DNA of 59,833 bases, from the NCBI GenBank assembly GCA_045592285.1, contig JAZNUL010000129.1, forward strand, positions 1 through 59,833, written 5' to 3'. The notes under the pieces are model-generated. The model saw only the letters and a list, made by a program, of their open reading frames with translations, did not search any database and was not told where the DNA came from. Positions 9,287 to 18,501 of the stretch are shown in pieces (position 1 is the stretch's first letter; each line of letters begins with the position of its first letter). A program made the translations under genes and the position numbers. This DNA is from Acutalibacteraceae bacterium. Lineage in GTDB: Bacteria > Bacillota > Clostridia > Oscillospirales > Acutalibacteraceae.

Positions 9287-12200
9287 TTATTCAGTTCTTA
9301 AAGCTACTACAGGGTCTTTTTTTGCTGCTTTTCGTGATGGGATCAAGCCACCTATAATTGTAATTATAATGCTTATTATTATAAGAATTACTGCAGCACC
9401 AAATGGGAGTTTTGCATCAAGGTCTGTTATTTCAGTAAGAAGGCTTATAATAGCGTTTATAGGGTGTAAGCTTAAAAGTGAAATAATAATTCCTATTAAG
9501 CCTGAGCAACAACCAATAATAAATGTTTCGGCATTGAAAACTTGTGAAATATTGCTTTTTGAAGCGCCTAAAGCACGAAGAATACCAATTTCTTTCGTTC
9601 TTTCCATAACAGATATATGAGTGATAATACCAATCATAATGCAAGAAACAACTAAAGATATTGCAACGAATGCAATAAGTACATAAGAAATACCATTTAT
9701 GATAGTTGTAACAGATGAAGTAATTAATGCAATGTAATCGGTATAAGTGATTTTTGAGTCTTCGTCTTGCTTTGCATTGTAATTTTCAATGCAAAGAGCA
9801 ACGTTGTCTTTATCTTCGTAGCTATCGGTATAAATGCTTATAGATGATGGTGCATCATAGCTGATTGAACCAAATTCAGTCATATTGTCATCAAAAGTTG
9901 CTTCACCGATATACTGGTCGTAAATTGTAAGAAGCATTTCGTCATCTGCAGAATTTTCTAACCACTCATCCATTTTATCGGCTAATTTTGACTCCTCTGT
10001 CATAGAAGCCATTTCATTCATAGCGTATTGAATTTGCTTTAAAACACCAGTAAGCATAACGAGCTGTGATTGAGATTGAACTAAAGCACTTTGCTGACCT
10101 GCAATAACCTGCTGTGCATTTGTAAGAGCACCCTGTTGCATACCAATAGTAGCCTGTGCTTTGTTTAAAGCATCTTGTTGCTGAGCAATAATTCCTTGTT
10201 CAGGCGTAGTAACTACTTCAGTAGTGGTGTCACTCTCGGGTGGCAGAACAATTTCAGGTGGTAACTGTGGTTGAACAGGTAAGGTTTCTTCAGGTGCAAC
10301 TGGAAGAGTTGTTTCTGGCGTTACTGAGCCTTGTGGTATTGATGGAATATCTGGAATAGACGGCATAGAGAATGATGGTACACCTGCTTCTTTGTCAGAT
10401 TGACCTGAGAGAATCATCATTCTGTAAAGATTTGCTTTGCCTTGTTCATCGAGTGATTTTATATAATTTTTTGTTTCTTCTAATTTTTCTTCTTCTGTAG
10501 AAGCATCAAATTTAGTGCCACTTAAAACGTTTATAGAAGGAGTTTTTTTCTGCGCAGTTACAACTTCGCTGTTGTTTGTGTATTTGATTATGTAATCTGT
10601 AAGTAAAGATGTGTATGCGAGTGTTGAAGAAATAGTTGTGTTTTCAGCTTCTTCTTTCGGACGGATAATACCAACAATTTTAAGCTTGACTTTATTTTCT
10701 GTGAGTTCTTTTTCGTAATCAGAATAGTTTTCCATTTTTGTGAAAGTACCATTCTCATTTTTTAAATACATATCACAAGTAGGAACTAAAATGTATTCGT
10801 GTTCACAGATTTCGTTATATTTTAAAATAATATCTTTTGCTTCCTTGCCATTTTTAATGTTTTCTGCAGCAGTATTATATTGTTCTTCTGAAATAAAACC
10901 TAACTGATAAAGCTTTTTTGCAGAAATGCTGTTTTCTCTGTTGAGAACTAAAACAATTTCATTATACTTTTCTGGCCAGGTGCCATAAATAACGTCATAG
11001 TTATCAGTTACTATAGAGCTTATAGCTTCATCACCAGCACCTTTTAGCATCTGAGAAAAGTTTGTAGCAGTAGAATCATCACTACCGGGGAAGAAAACGC
11101 TGAAGCCTGAAAAAATATTAGGTGATTTATCTTCATCTTCTATTTCTACGTCTGAGTCAATAAACTCTTTATCTTTGTTATAAGAAAATGCAGAGAATTT
11201 AACATCGTAAGTGTAAACAACACCATTTTCGCCTAAATATTTATTGATTTCGCTTTCAGGGTTATCAAGATATTTTTTGAAATCGGTTAAATTGTTTGTT
11301 TTAAAGCTTGAGGTGAAAGCATCACTTCTTTTAATAGAAGAATAATCAGCATAAACGGCAGTTCTCTTTTTACGTTCTTCTCTTTTTTCCATTTCTTCCA
11401 TAGCATCGCCCATATTGCTGCCGCCCAATGAAAACATATCAAAAGATTCTGTGCCAATAGTAATAGGGTAAGATTCCATTGTATCTTTTTGAATTTCATC
11501 TATATAAGAACTCATACCAGTAGAAAGAGAAAGAATGAGAGCAATACCAATAATACCAATAGAACCTGCAAAAGCGGTTAAAATTGTACGTGCTTTTTTA
11601 GTTCTGAGGTTATTGAAGCTTAAAGAAAGGGCAGTTAAAAATGACATTGAAACCTTTTTTACTTTTTCTGAGTTATTGGTTGCAGAGTTTTCAGTTGGCT
11701 CAAATGGGTTGGTGTCACTTATAATCTGACCATCTAAAAGATTAACGATTCTCGTAGAATATTTTTCTGCAAGCTCAGGGTTATGAGTAACCATAACAAC
11801 AAGCTTATCTTTTGCGATTTCCTTTAATAAATCCATTATCTGTACACTTGTTTCACTATCAAGCGCACCTGTAGGTTCATCTGCTAAAAGAATATCTGGG
11901 TTATTAATTAAAGCTCTTGCAATAGCAACTCTTTGCATCTGACCACCAGACATCTGGTTAGGTCTTTTGTGAATGTGTTCTGAAAGACCAACCTTTTCTA
12001 AAACTGCAACAGCTCTTTCTTTTCGTTCCTTTTTAGAAACACCTGAAAGGGTAAGTGCCATTTCTACGTTAGAAAGCACAGTCTGATGTGGAATTAAATT
12101 GTAACTCTGAAAAATAAAGCCTATTGAGTGGTTTCTGTAAGCATCCCAGTCAGCATCGGTATATTGCTTTGTAGAAATGCCGTTAATAATTAAATCACCA

Positions 12201-12376
12201 TCAGTGTAGCGGTCAAGCCCACCAATAATGTTTAAAAGAGTGGTTTTACCAGAACCACTCTGGCCTAAGATTGAAACAAACTCGTTTTCACGAAAACTTA
12301 CACTAACGCCTTTTAAGGCGGTCTGCGTAGTGTCGCCCATTTCGTAGGTTTTTACAATGTTTTTTAATTGTAGCAC
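9287..12376 (-). CDS. Fused MacB/FtsX-type ABC transporter (N-terminal ATPase plus permease with a very large extracytoplasmic domain)
   Basis: 1029 aa, GTG start with GAAGGA SD. Walker A GQSGSGKTT, signature MSGGQMQRVAIARA, Walker B LLADEPTGALD. One TM helix follows, then about 600 aa of non-hydrophobic sequence, then three C-terminal FtsX-like helices. Confidence 0.8.
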   Translation of the reverse strand: MLQLKNIVKTYEMGDTTQTALKGVSVSFRENEFVSILGQSGSGKTTLLNIIGGLDRYTDGDLIINGISTKQYTDADWDAYRNHSIGFIFQSYNLIPHQTVLSNVEMALTLSGVSKKERKERAVAVLEKVGLSEHIHKRPNQMSGGQMQRVAIARALINNPDILLADEPTGALDSETSVQIMDLLKEIAKDKLVVMVTHNPELAEKYSTRIVNLLDGQIISDTNPFEPTENSATNNSEKVKKVSMSFLTALSLSFNNLRTKKARTILTAFAGSIGIIGIALILSLSTGMSSYIDEIQKDTMESYPITIGTESFDMFSLGGSNMGDAMEEMEKREERKKRTAVYADYSSIKRSDAFTSSFKTNNLTDFKKYLDNPESEINKYLGENGVVYTYDVKFSAFSYNKDKEFIDSDVEIEDEDKSPNIFSGFSVFFPGSDDSTATNFSQMLKGAGDEAISSIVTDNYDVIYGTWPEKYNEIVLVLNRENSISAKKLYQLGFISEEQYNTAAENIKNGKEAKDIILKYNEICEHEYILVPTCDMYLKNENGTFTKMENYSDYEKELTENKVKLKIVGIIRPKEEAENTTISSTLAYTSLLTDYIIKYTNNSEVVTAQKKTPSINVLSGTKFDASTEEEKLEETKNYIKSLDEQGKANLYRMMILSGQSDKEAGVPSFSMPSIPDIPSIPQGSVTPETTLPVAPEETLPVQPQLPPEIVLPPESDTTTEVVTTPEQGIIAQQQDALNKAQATIGMQQGALTNAQQVIAGQQSALVQSQSQLVMLTGVLKQIQYAMNEMASMTEESKLADKMDEWLENSADDEMLLTIYDQYIGEATFDDNMTEFGSISYDAPSSISIYTDSYEDKDNVALCIENYNAKQDEDSKITYTDYIALITSSVTTIINGISYVLIAFVAISLVVSCIMIGIITHISVMERTKEIGILRALGASKSNISQVFNAETFIIGCCSGLIGIIISLLSLHPINAIISLLTEITDLDAKLPFGAAVILIIISIIITIIGGLIPSRKAAKKDPVVALRTE

Positions 12377-12410
12377 TAAAAATTCCTTCTTTCTGTTATA
12401 ACAACATATA

Positions 12411-12445
12411 TAAAAAATTTAAAACTACTTATGCCGCCTATAAGT
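12411..12445 (-). terminator. Intrinsic terminator after the GH29 gene
   Basis: On the minus strand, hairpin ACTTATAGGCGGCATAAGT followed by AGTTTTAAATTTTTT. Confidence 0.5.
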
Positions 12446-12469
12446 GTTTTAGATATTTTCAACTTTCAA

Positions 12470-13501
12470 TTAGAGTTCTGAAGCTTGCTTCAAAATTTCA
12501 ATTGACGGTCCTGGGATTCTCCCTAAATGGTCAGGACCTACGTTTACAAGGTAATTTATGCCGAGTGAGTTTAAGTGTTTTCTGTTTTGTGCCAATTTTT
12601 CTGGCGAAATCCAATTATGGTCACGATAAGAAAAGCCCCACGATTTGTTTAAAGTACAAGCAGATTCATAAAGTCCGTATTTACTCGGTTTAAACCCATC
12701 AATACTCTGGTAGTTTATATCTTTTTCATCAACCTGTGAAAGCTTTTCCCACTCTTCTTTAGTTTTTGGGATTTCGTTATCGCCTAAAGAAACGTAGTCA
12801 TAAAGTCCGTTACCGAGTCTTGAGTTTATAAGGCAATCTGGTTGTAATTCTTTTACTGTATCATAAATAATTTTGCTTTGCTTTTCTGTTAATGTCATTG
12901 GTACGTCAAACCAAGCTGTAAAAATATCGCCGTAGTTTGTCATAATCTCTTTTATCTGTGGCAATATTTTATTTTCAAAGCATATATTAAAATCTTTTTC
13001 TTCTGGATTCGGAAAATCCCAGCTATTATCCCACGTAACACCTGAGCAACCCATATGGTTAGAAAGATAACCACCACCGTGCTTTTCGTGCCAGTCAAGG
13101 TCTTGTGAATAGTAAAAGCCTAATTTTATATTGTGCTTACTGCAAGCGTTTGCAAGGTCTTCAATAATATCTCTTTTATAAGGTGTAGCATCAACTACAT
13201 TGTATTTATCTACTTTAGAATGAAAGAGTGCAAAACCGTCGTGGTGCTTTGTAGTAACTACAAAATATTTCATACCACAGTCTTTTGCAAGCTTAATTAT
13301 TTCATCGGCATTAAAATAGATTGGGTTAAAAACCTTTGCCAGTTGTTCATATTCTTTTATTGGAATAGCAAAGTGCGAGCCAATCCACTCGGCATAATTG
13401 TCACCGAAGGTACCCTTGTATTCGCCGCCTAAAACGGAATAAAGACCGAAGTGCATCATCATTCCGTAGCCGGCATTTTTAAAGTATTCTACGTTGTTCA
13501 T
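12470..13501 (-). CDS. Alpha-L-fucosidase, GH29
   Basis: 343 aa with GYGMMMHFGLYS and VVTTKHHDGFALFHS motifs typical of GH29. No signal peptide. Confidence 0.85.
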   Translation of the reverse strand: MNNVEYFKNAGYGMMMHFGLYSVLGGEYKGTFGDNYAEWIGSHFAIPIKEYEQLAKVFNPIYFNADEIIKLAKDCGMKYFVVTTKHHDGFALFHSKVDKYNVVDATPYKRDIIEDLANACSKHNIKLGFYYSQDLDWHEKHGGGYLSNHMGCSGVTWDNSWDFPNPEEKDFNICFENKILPQIKEIMTNYGDIFTAWFDVPMTLTEKQSKIIYDTVKELQPDCLINSRLGNGLYDYVSLGDNEIPKTKEEWEKLSQVDEKDINYQSIDGFKPSKYGLYESACTLNKSWGFSYRDHNWISPEKLAQNRKHLNSLGINYLVNVGPDHLGRIPGPSIEILKQASEL

Positions 13502-14922
13502 TTTATAATGTCCTTTTCGCTTTTTGCATATTTTAATTCTATTCCCTTTTCTATGAGAAGTGGTAAAATCTCTGTTTCAAATTCTTTGGTGTCAGATTCA
13601 GGATACACTGCTAAATCAATCATATTGCCACTTTTTGTCATAAGAATGTAATGCTCAAGTTTAAAATATTTTATTCCATAAAGATAGTATCCATCTACCT
13701 TGTAAACACTATCTAAATATTCGTAGTGTAAAGCATCTTGCTTTAATACAATAGCGGAATCTTCTGGGTATAGTACTTTGTTTTCGGTAAAAGCAATTGT
13801 GTTGTTAACTGCAGAAAACAGTAAAATGATAATAACAGTTTCTATAAGAATTGTAATGTACTTTAAAACCTTTGAGCGTTTCTTGAGTTCTGTAATTGCT
13901 GCTTTTTCTTCTTTCTTTTTTTTCTTGAAGGGATTTCTTATTTTATGAGAAAAATGGAAAGAAAAGCCTTCACCTGCTAAAAATGATGCGAGCAATAAAG
14001 TAACCATAGAATATAGGTCGCAGCTCATAAAAAACAGCGTATCGTTGAATTTAAGATAACATAAAAAGAAGTATGTAAAAAGAAATATGATGAAAAATAA
14101 TGGTGTAGTTAAAATAGTAGGTATAATAAATTTAAAAAATCCTTTAGTGCCTAATGAGTATGTACGTTTTTTTGCAACCCTGGTGTAATCTTTATATTTT
14201 GCTTCTCTGAAAGGTGAAGCGTCAAAGCCTTCTAATTCGCCATTCTTTAATTTTTGGAAAAGACGACTTTCATAAAATGTAAGATACTTGGCTTTTGAAA
14301 GCTTTTTAATTGCTTTTTCGTGCTCGTTATTATAAAAGTCTGAAACGCCACCCAAAATAACGTGACTTATAACTGATTCCTGAAAGTTTCTTATAAGCAT
14401 ATCACGAATTTTAAGACTTGCATCCAGCATTTCGATTTCTCGTTTAAAAATATCGTCATTAACAAACTTGTTGATTGTTTCTTGCTGACTTAATATAAGA
14501 TTATTTTTCATAGTGCCTGTTTCAGAAATTTCGATGAGCTCTGGTACAAGCTTTTTAAATAAATCATTGATTTCGCCAAAAGCCTGAATCATAATTTCCT
14601 CAGTGTAAAGATAAGGGTATGTGTAGCATTTAAAATTTTCAGGCTCAGCTAAAGCTAAAATATCGTAAACCGCAAAAGGTAAAAAAGATGCGGACTCGAA
14701 GCCTACGTTAATCCAGATGGTGTTTGGAGCGTAAGCCAAAGGTCCGCTTTCTATAAAATATAAATCAATAAAAAAGCTATCGAATGAAAAACGTGCAATA
14801 ATGCCGTTTTTATTTTTGCCACCAAAACCTGAAACCAAGTCTTTAAAAGAAAGACTTGGTTTTTCGTTTAATAACGTTGTGGTTGCTCTGCAATTTGTTT
14901 TAAAAATTTCAGTTAAAGTCAT
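13498..14922 (-). CDS. Hypothetical membrane protein (no family recognised)
   Basis: 474 aa. About 260-aa soluble N-terminal part, 2-3 hydrophobic helices around aa 265-325 and one near aa 350-370, a K-rich loop (KKKKKEEK), and a roughly 100-aa C-terminal part. 4-bp overlaps with both neighbouring genes support translation. Confidence 0.6.
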   Translation of the reverse strand: MTLTEIFKTNCRATTTLLNEKPSLSFKDLVSGFGGKNKNGIIARFSFDSFFIDLYFIESGPLAYAPNTIWINVGFESASFLPFAVYDILALAEPENFKCYTYPYLYTEEIMIQAFGEINDLFKKLVPELIEISETGTMKNNLILSQQETINKFVNDDIFKREIEMLDASLKIRDMLIRNFQESVISHVILGGVSDFYNNEHEKAIKKLSKAKYLTFYESRLFQKLKNGELEGFDASPFREAKYKDYTRVAKKRTYSLGTKGFFKFIIPTILTTPLFFIIFLFTYFFLCYLKFNDTLFFMSCDLYSMVTLLLASFLAGEGFSFHFSHKIRNPFKKKKKEEKAAITELKKRSKVLKYITILIETVIIILLFSAVNNTIAFTENKVLYPEDSAIVLKQDALHYEYLDSVYKVDGYYLYGIKYFKLEHYILMTKSGNMIDLAVYPESDTKEFETEILPLLIEKGIELKYAKSEKDIIK

Positions 14923-16562
14923 CTTGTAGCTTTCTCGATTTCTTTGTTTATTTCTGCTCGTTTATTTAAAAGCCATTCCATATCGTGTGGGTAGTTTTTA
15001 AATGTAAGCTCTGTGTCAAGATTTTTTTGTAATATCTTTAAAACGTGCTCTCTTGATGTGAGTCTTTCTAAATATTTCATCGCTCTGTAGTCGCAAAGAC
15101 CTTCATAAAATACTTCGTGACGGATTGAGTTCCACGGTTTATGGTTTGGTCCTGGATAAACCACAAATGAGTCACCAGATGGGAAAGCTCCGCCAGCATC
15201 AGTTACTTCATAAGGGTTAATCTGCTTTTTTGAGTATTGAGTAAACCAGAAGTTATGACCCCATTGTAAAAAGCCTTTTGCTTCATATTTGTAAAGAAGT
15301 AATCCTAAAATTCTGTTTCTTACAGGTGGCATTGCAAACATTCTGTTTGGTAAAAAGTCACTGGTTTCTGTGCAACAGTAATAAGTCCAGAAATCTTTGA
15401 CTTCTGATTTGAAAATATCTGCAACATCTTCGCCACAAACTGGGGTTTTTACAAGCCCTTGTCTGTAAAATTCAATATTAGAAAGTGCATCTATAACGTG
15501 GAATTCAGGGAATAACTGGTTAATGATGTAAGAAGCTTTTTTGTAATCCTCAAGATGCTCTTCCTGTGGTTCGTCAGACACGTGAAGGTAACACGCTTCC
15601 TTAATTCCTAAACGTTCAACTTCTTTTGTAAATGCTTTTGCAAATACTGCAAGAAACTGAACGTAATCTTTGTCGCTTGAGTTAGTATTCCAACCGAAAA
15701 TCTGCTTTTTTACACCTTTAACGTTTGCAATAATTTTTGGTGCGTGTTTTGCACCCCATTGGGTGAAAAGGTGTGAGATTTCAAAATATCTTATACCACA
15801 TTCAATACAGGTTTTAATAAATTTATCAAAGTGTCTGAAGCTGAAACGATAGCCTACGTCAATTCTGTCAACCTCAACTAACTGGAAGGTTGGTCTTTCG
15901 CCACCAACTTCTGTATCAAGAGGTGGGGTGAAAATTGGTGTGTAAATCATATTAAGACCGTGAGCAACGGCATTTTTAAGATAGTTTCTTAAAAGTTGCC
16001 AGAATTCCTCAGTGAAAGGCTCGACGTTATAATGCTTGTAAAGGCAGTCGTAATGCATCCAGTTTGTGTAAATCAAATCCTGCATTGGTAATTGTCTCGG
16101 GATTGTTTTTAAACTGAAAATATGCTTGTTGTTTTCGTCATACATACCTTTTTTGAGGAAAACTGTAATACTGTTTGAACCAGCAATATAATCCATTTCA
16201 GGTGTGTATTTAAACCAGAGACAATTCCACTCACCCTTTGTTAACTCAACGGTATTATCGTCGTTTATTGGTTGCAATAAATCGGGGTATGAGCTTCTTT
16301 TTGTATCGTAATGAAAGTCATCGTGGTCGTCTGGTGCGGCATAAGTTGTTGGCATATCTATAACTTTATAAATCTTAATGCCATCACGAAGGTTTGAAGC
16401 GACCTCAACAGTGATGTTACAATCTTCATCTGTCTGCGGGAAAATTGCTATCTGAAAATTGAAGACTTCACCACGAAGAACAGAGAACTCGGTGAATTCA
16501 TCAAAGTTCGGTTCAACATCTTTAAATACTTTTGTAAGTGAAGAAAGTAAAATGGATTTCAT
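14919..16562 (-). CDS. DUF4091 / GH123-like glycoside hydrolase
   Basis: 547 aa. N-terminus MKSILLSSLTKVFKD, HVSDEPQ (adjacent Asp-Glu as in GH123), and GFLQWGHNFW...GDSFVVYPG...SIRHEVFYEGLCDYRAMKYL. All match my recollection of the DUF4091 family. No signal peptide. Confidence 0.65.
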   Translation of the reverse strand: MKSILLSSLTKVFKDVEPNFDEFTEFSVLRGEVFNFQIAIFPQTDEDCNITVEVASNLRDGIKIYKVIDMPTTYAAPDDHDDFHYDTKRSSYPDLLQPINDDNTVELTKGEWNCLWFKYTPEMDYIAGSNSITVFLKKGMYDENNKHIFSLKTIPRQLPMQDLIYTNWMHYDCLYKHYNVEPFTEEFWQLLRNYLKNAVAHGLNMIYTPIFTPPLDTEVGGERPTFQLVEVDRIDVGYRFSFRHFDKFIKTCIECGIRYFEISHLFTQWGAKHAPKIIANVKGVKKQIFGWNTNSSDKDYVQFLAVFAKAFTKEVERLGIKEACYLHVSDEPQEEHLEDYKKASYIINQLFPEFHVIDALSNIEFYRQGLVKTPVCGEDVADIFKSEVKDFWTYYCCTETSDFLPNRMFAMPPVRNRILGLLLYKYEAKGFLQWGHNFWFTQYSKKQINPYEVTDAGGAFPSGDSFVVYPGPNHKPWNSIRHEVFYEGLCDYRAMKYLERLTSREHVLKILQKNLDTELTFKNYPHDMEWLLNKRAEINKEIEKATR

Positions 16563-16588
16563 AATTCACACCTCGATTTTCTGAGTTT

Positions 16589-16865
16589 TAGGGTGAAAGG
16601 ATTTATCCGAACCGTGTTTTTTATAGACGGATTTCCGTTCACTCTTCGTTAAAATACTCGCAAATCCGTAAAGGATTCGCTCCGTTTTTGCCTTGATTGA
16701 CCAAAAATCCGTTCTATAAAAAATCTTCGACCTACAAAGCGAAAGATTTTTATTGGATTTTTGGTGTTGAGGGTGAAGGTAGGCTGACGCCTATCAAGAC
16801 CGAAACGCCGAAAAGACTTAAAAATACTCGCTTTTAGGCAGGTTCGGATAACTCGTTTCACCCTA
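16589..16865. mobile_element. MITE-like non-autonomous element (277 bp) with 25-bp terminal inverted repeats
   Basis: Left end TAGGGTGAAAGGATTTATCCGAACC (16589-16613). The reverse complement of the right end is TAGGGTGAAACGAGTTATCCGAACC (16841-16865). 23 of 25 positions are identical. If the TA at each tip is read as a duplication, the TIR starts GGGTGAAA. Internally there are repeated AATCCG/CGGAT motifs, a duplicated AAAATACTCGC, and a hairpin at 16719-16750. Confidence 0.5.
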
Positions 16866-16875
16866 GGGGATGTAA

Positions 16876-18282
16876 TCAGTTCTCTTTTTTTGTTAAGCCT
16901 TTTTTCTTGAGTAATAAAAGTGGAATAAATACAAGAATAGCAAGAACTGCACTGTAAATAAACATAGTAGCATCTGGTACGATTGTTTCTACACCATATT
17001 CATTTGTGTAGGTTGCACCAGCGTTTCTACAAGCAATATCACCGATAGCAGGGCCAACAATCATAGGAATAAGAACAAAGAAAATCATTCTTATACCCTG
17101 GAAAAGACCTGTCTTTTCAGGTGGTGTAAAGTCACGTGTAGCAGCGTTTAATTGAATTGTGAGAACAAGGTAACCAATAAGTGTAGGAGCGATACCTATT
17201 AAAAGTGTGTAAAGACTTGTTCCTGTTGAAAGTATAAATAAACCTAAAATAAGAAGAATTACACCAGGGATAAATCCTAAGAATTTGTTTTTATCTGAGA
17301 GCTTCATTAATACAACAATACCTGCAATAATAGCTGCAACAGCAAGAACTGCGACTATAATAAGTGAAGGTGGGAAGGCTGAAAGTAATGCTGAATTAGC
17401 TTCGCTTGCAAGAATAACATATTGAAGGTAAACGAAAAGGTATGGGAAGAAAACCTGGAATGCACAGTTAAAAATACAAACAGAAGCAAGAATTAAATAA
17501 AGCTGAGAGTTTTCTTTAATAACCTTTGGTCTGAAGCCATAAAGAAGGTCAGCCCAGTAGCTTGTGTTCTTTTCTTTTGGTTCTTTGTGAGCTGGTTCTT
17601 TAAGAGAGAAAAGTCCAATAATACCACTTGCAACAACTAAAAGACCAAGTCCACCAAAGAATACTTTATAAGAAACTGTACCAGCCTGAGCGAATGAACC
17701 AACGCCCATAACAATAGCCATAGATAAAAAGCCTACAAATAAAAAGGCTGTTTCAACCTTAGGACGAGTGCTTGTAGTAGTAACATCTGTAACCCAGGCA
17801 TTAAAAGCAGAGTCGTTACTGGTTGAACCCATAAAGGTCATAAGCATATCCATTATGATAACTGCCCATACTGTGAAGGTGAGAATCTGAACAGCATCTG
17901 TAAGACCAAATATAGTGGCAATATTATCTCTTGTAATAAATCCGAAAAGTGCAGTAACAGCACCCCATACAATGTAGCCTATTGAAATAAATACTTTTCT
18001 GTTTCTTAATCTGTCACTGAATGTACCCATAATAAATGTAGTGAGCACTGCAGTTATAGCAGAAAGTGCAACCATTCGGCTTATAGCGGTAGTTGGTGCC
18101 ATTGTGCCCGCGAGTGCCTCTTGTGAAGCTCCCGCATAAACCGAGTTGTAAAGGAATGTATTAAAATACATATTTTCAAGGTTCCAGGCAATACCACCAA
18201 TAAGGTTGAAAAGGAAAAGATTAAACCAAATTCTGCCTGAAAGCTTGTCGTTTGTTAAAGCTTTTGTTTTATTGTTTTTCAT
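16876..18282 (-). CDS. MFS transporter (first gene of the fucosidase operon)
   Basis: 468 aa, about 12 hydrophobic helices. SD AAGGGG lies 7 nt upstream of the ATG. Confidence 0.8.
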   Translation of the reverse strand: MKNNKTKALTNDKLSGRIWFNLFLFNLIGGIAWNLENMYFNTFLYNSVYAGASQEALAGTMAPTTAISRMVALSAITAVLTTFIMGTFSDRLRNRKVFISIGYIVWGAVTALFGFITRDNIATIFGLTDAVQILTFTVWAVIIMDMLMTFMGSTSNDSAFNAWVTDVTTTSTRPKVETAFLFVGFLSMAIVMGVGSFAQAGTVSYKVFFGGLGLLVVASGIIGLFSLKEPAHKEPKEKNTSYWADLLYGFRPKVIKENSQLYLILASVCIFNCAFQVFFPYLFVYLQYVILASEANSALLSAFPPSLIIVAVLAVAAIIAGIVVLMKLSDKNKFLGFIPGVILLILGLFILSTGTSLYTLLIGIAPTLIGYLVLTIQLNAATRDFTPPEKTGLFQGIRMIFFVLIPMIVGPAIGDIACRNAGATYTNEYGVETIVPDATMFIYSAVLAILVFIPLLLLKKKGLTKKEN

Positions 18283-18341
18283 AACAAAACCCCTTTGTTT
18301 TTATTTTTGTACAAAATATTGCTACAAACTATATCAATTAT

Positions 18342-18370
18342 ATTATAGTTTACTAAAGGAGTAAAGTCAA
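18342..18370 (-). promoter_or_regulatory. Sigma-A type promoter of the MFS/GH123-like/GH29 operon
   Basis: Minus strand reads TTGACT, 17 nt, TATAAT. A perfect 12-bp palindrome TTTTGTACAAAA (18305-18316) lies in the 5' UTR. Confidence 0.6.
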
Positions 18371-18425
18371 GAAAATAGATTGTATAAATAGTGTAAAACA
18401 TGACAATAATTTAATAAATTAGTTG

Positions 18426-18454
18426 TTTACAAATTTTAGAAAGTGTGGTAAACT
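18426..18454 (+). promoter_or_regulatory. Candidate promoter of the radical SAM gene
   Basis: TTTACA, 17 nt, TAAACT, with an extended -10 TG (TGGTAAACT). Confidence 0.45.
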
Positions 18455-18501
18455 GTTCAACGTATTTGTTTTTTAATATAAGAAGAAAGGAGTTGGGCAC
18501 T

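Noticed and set aside
16649-16861. 70-aa minus-strand ORF inside the MITE-like element
   Set aside because: It is highly basic with Arg/Phe/Lys-rich composition and no SD. It spans the inverted-repeat element, including part of one TIR. It is more likely a chance ORF in a structured non-coding repeat.
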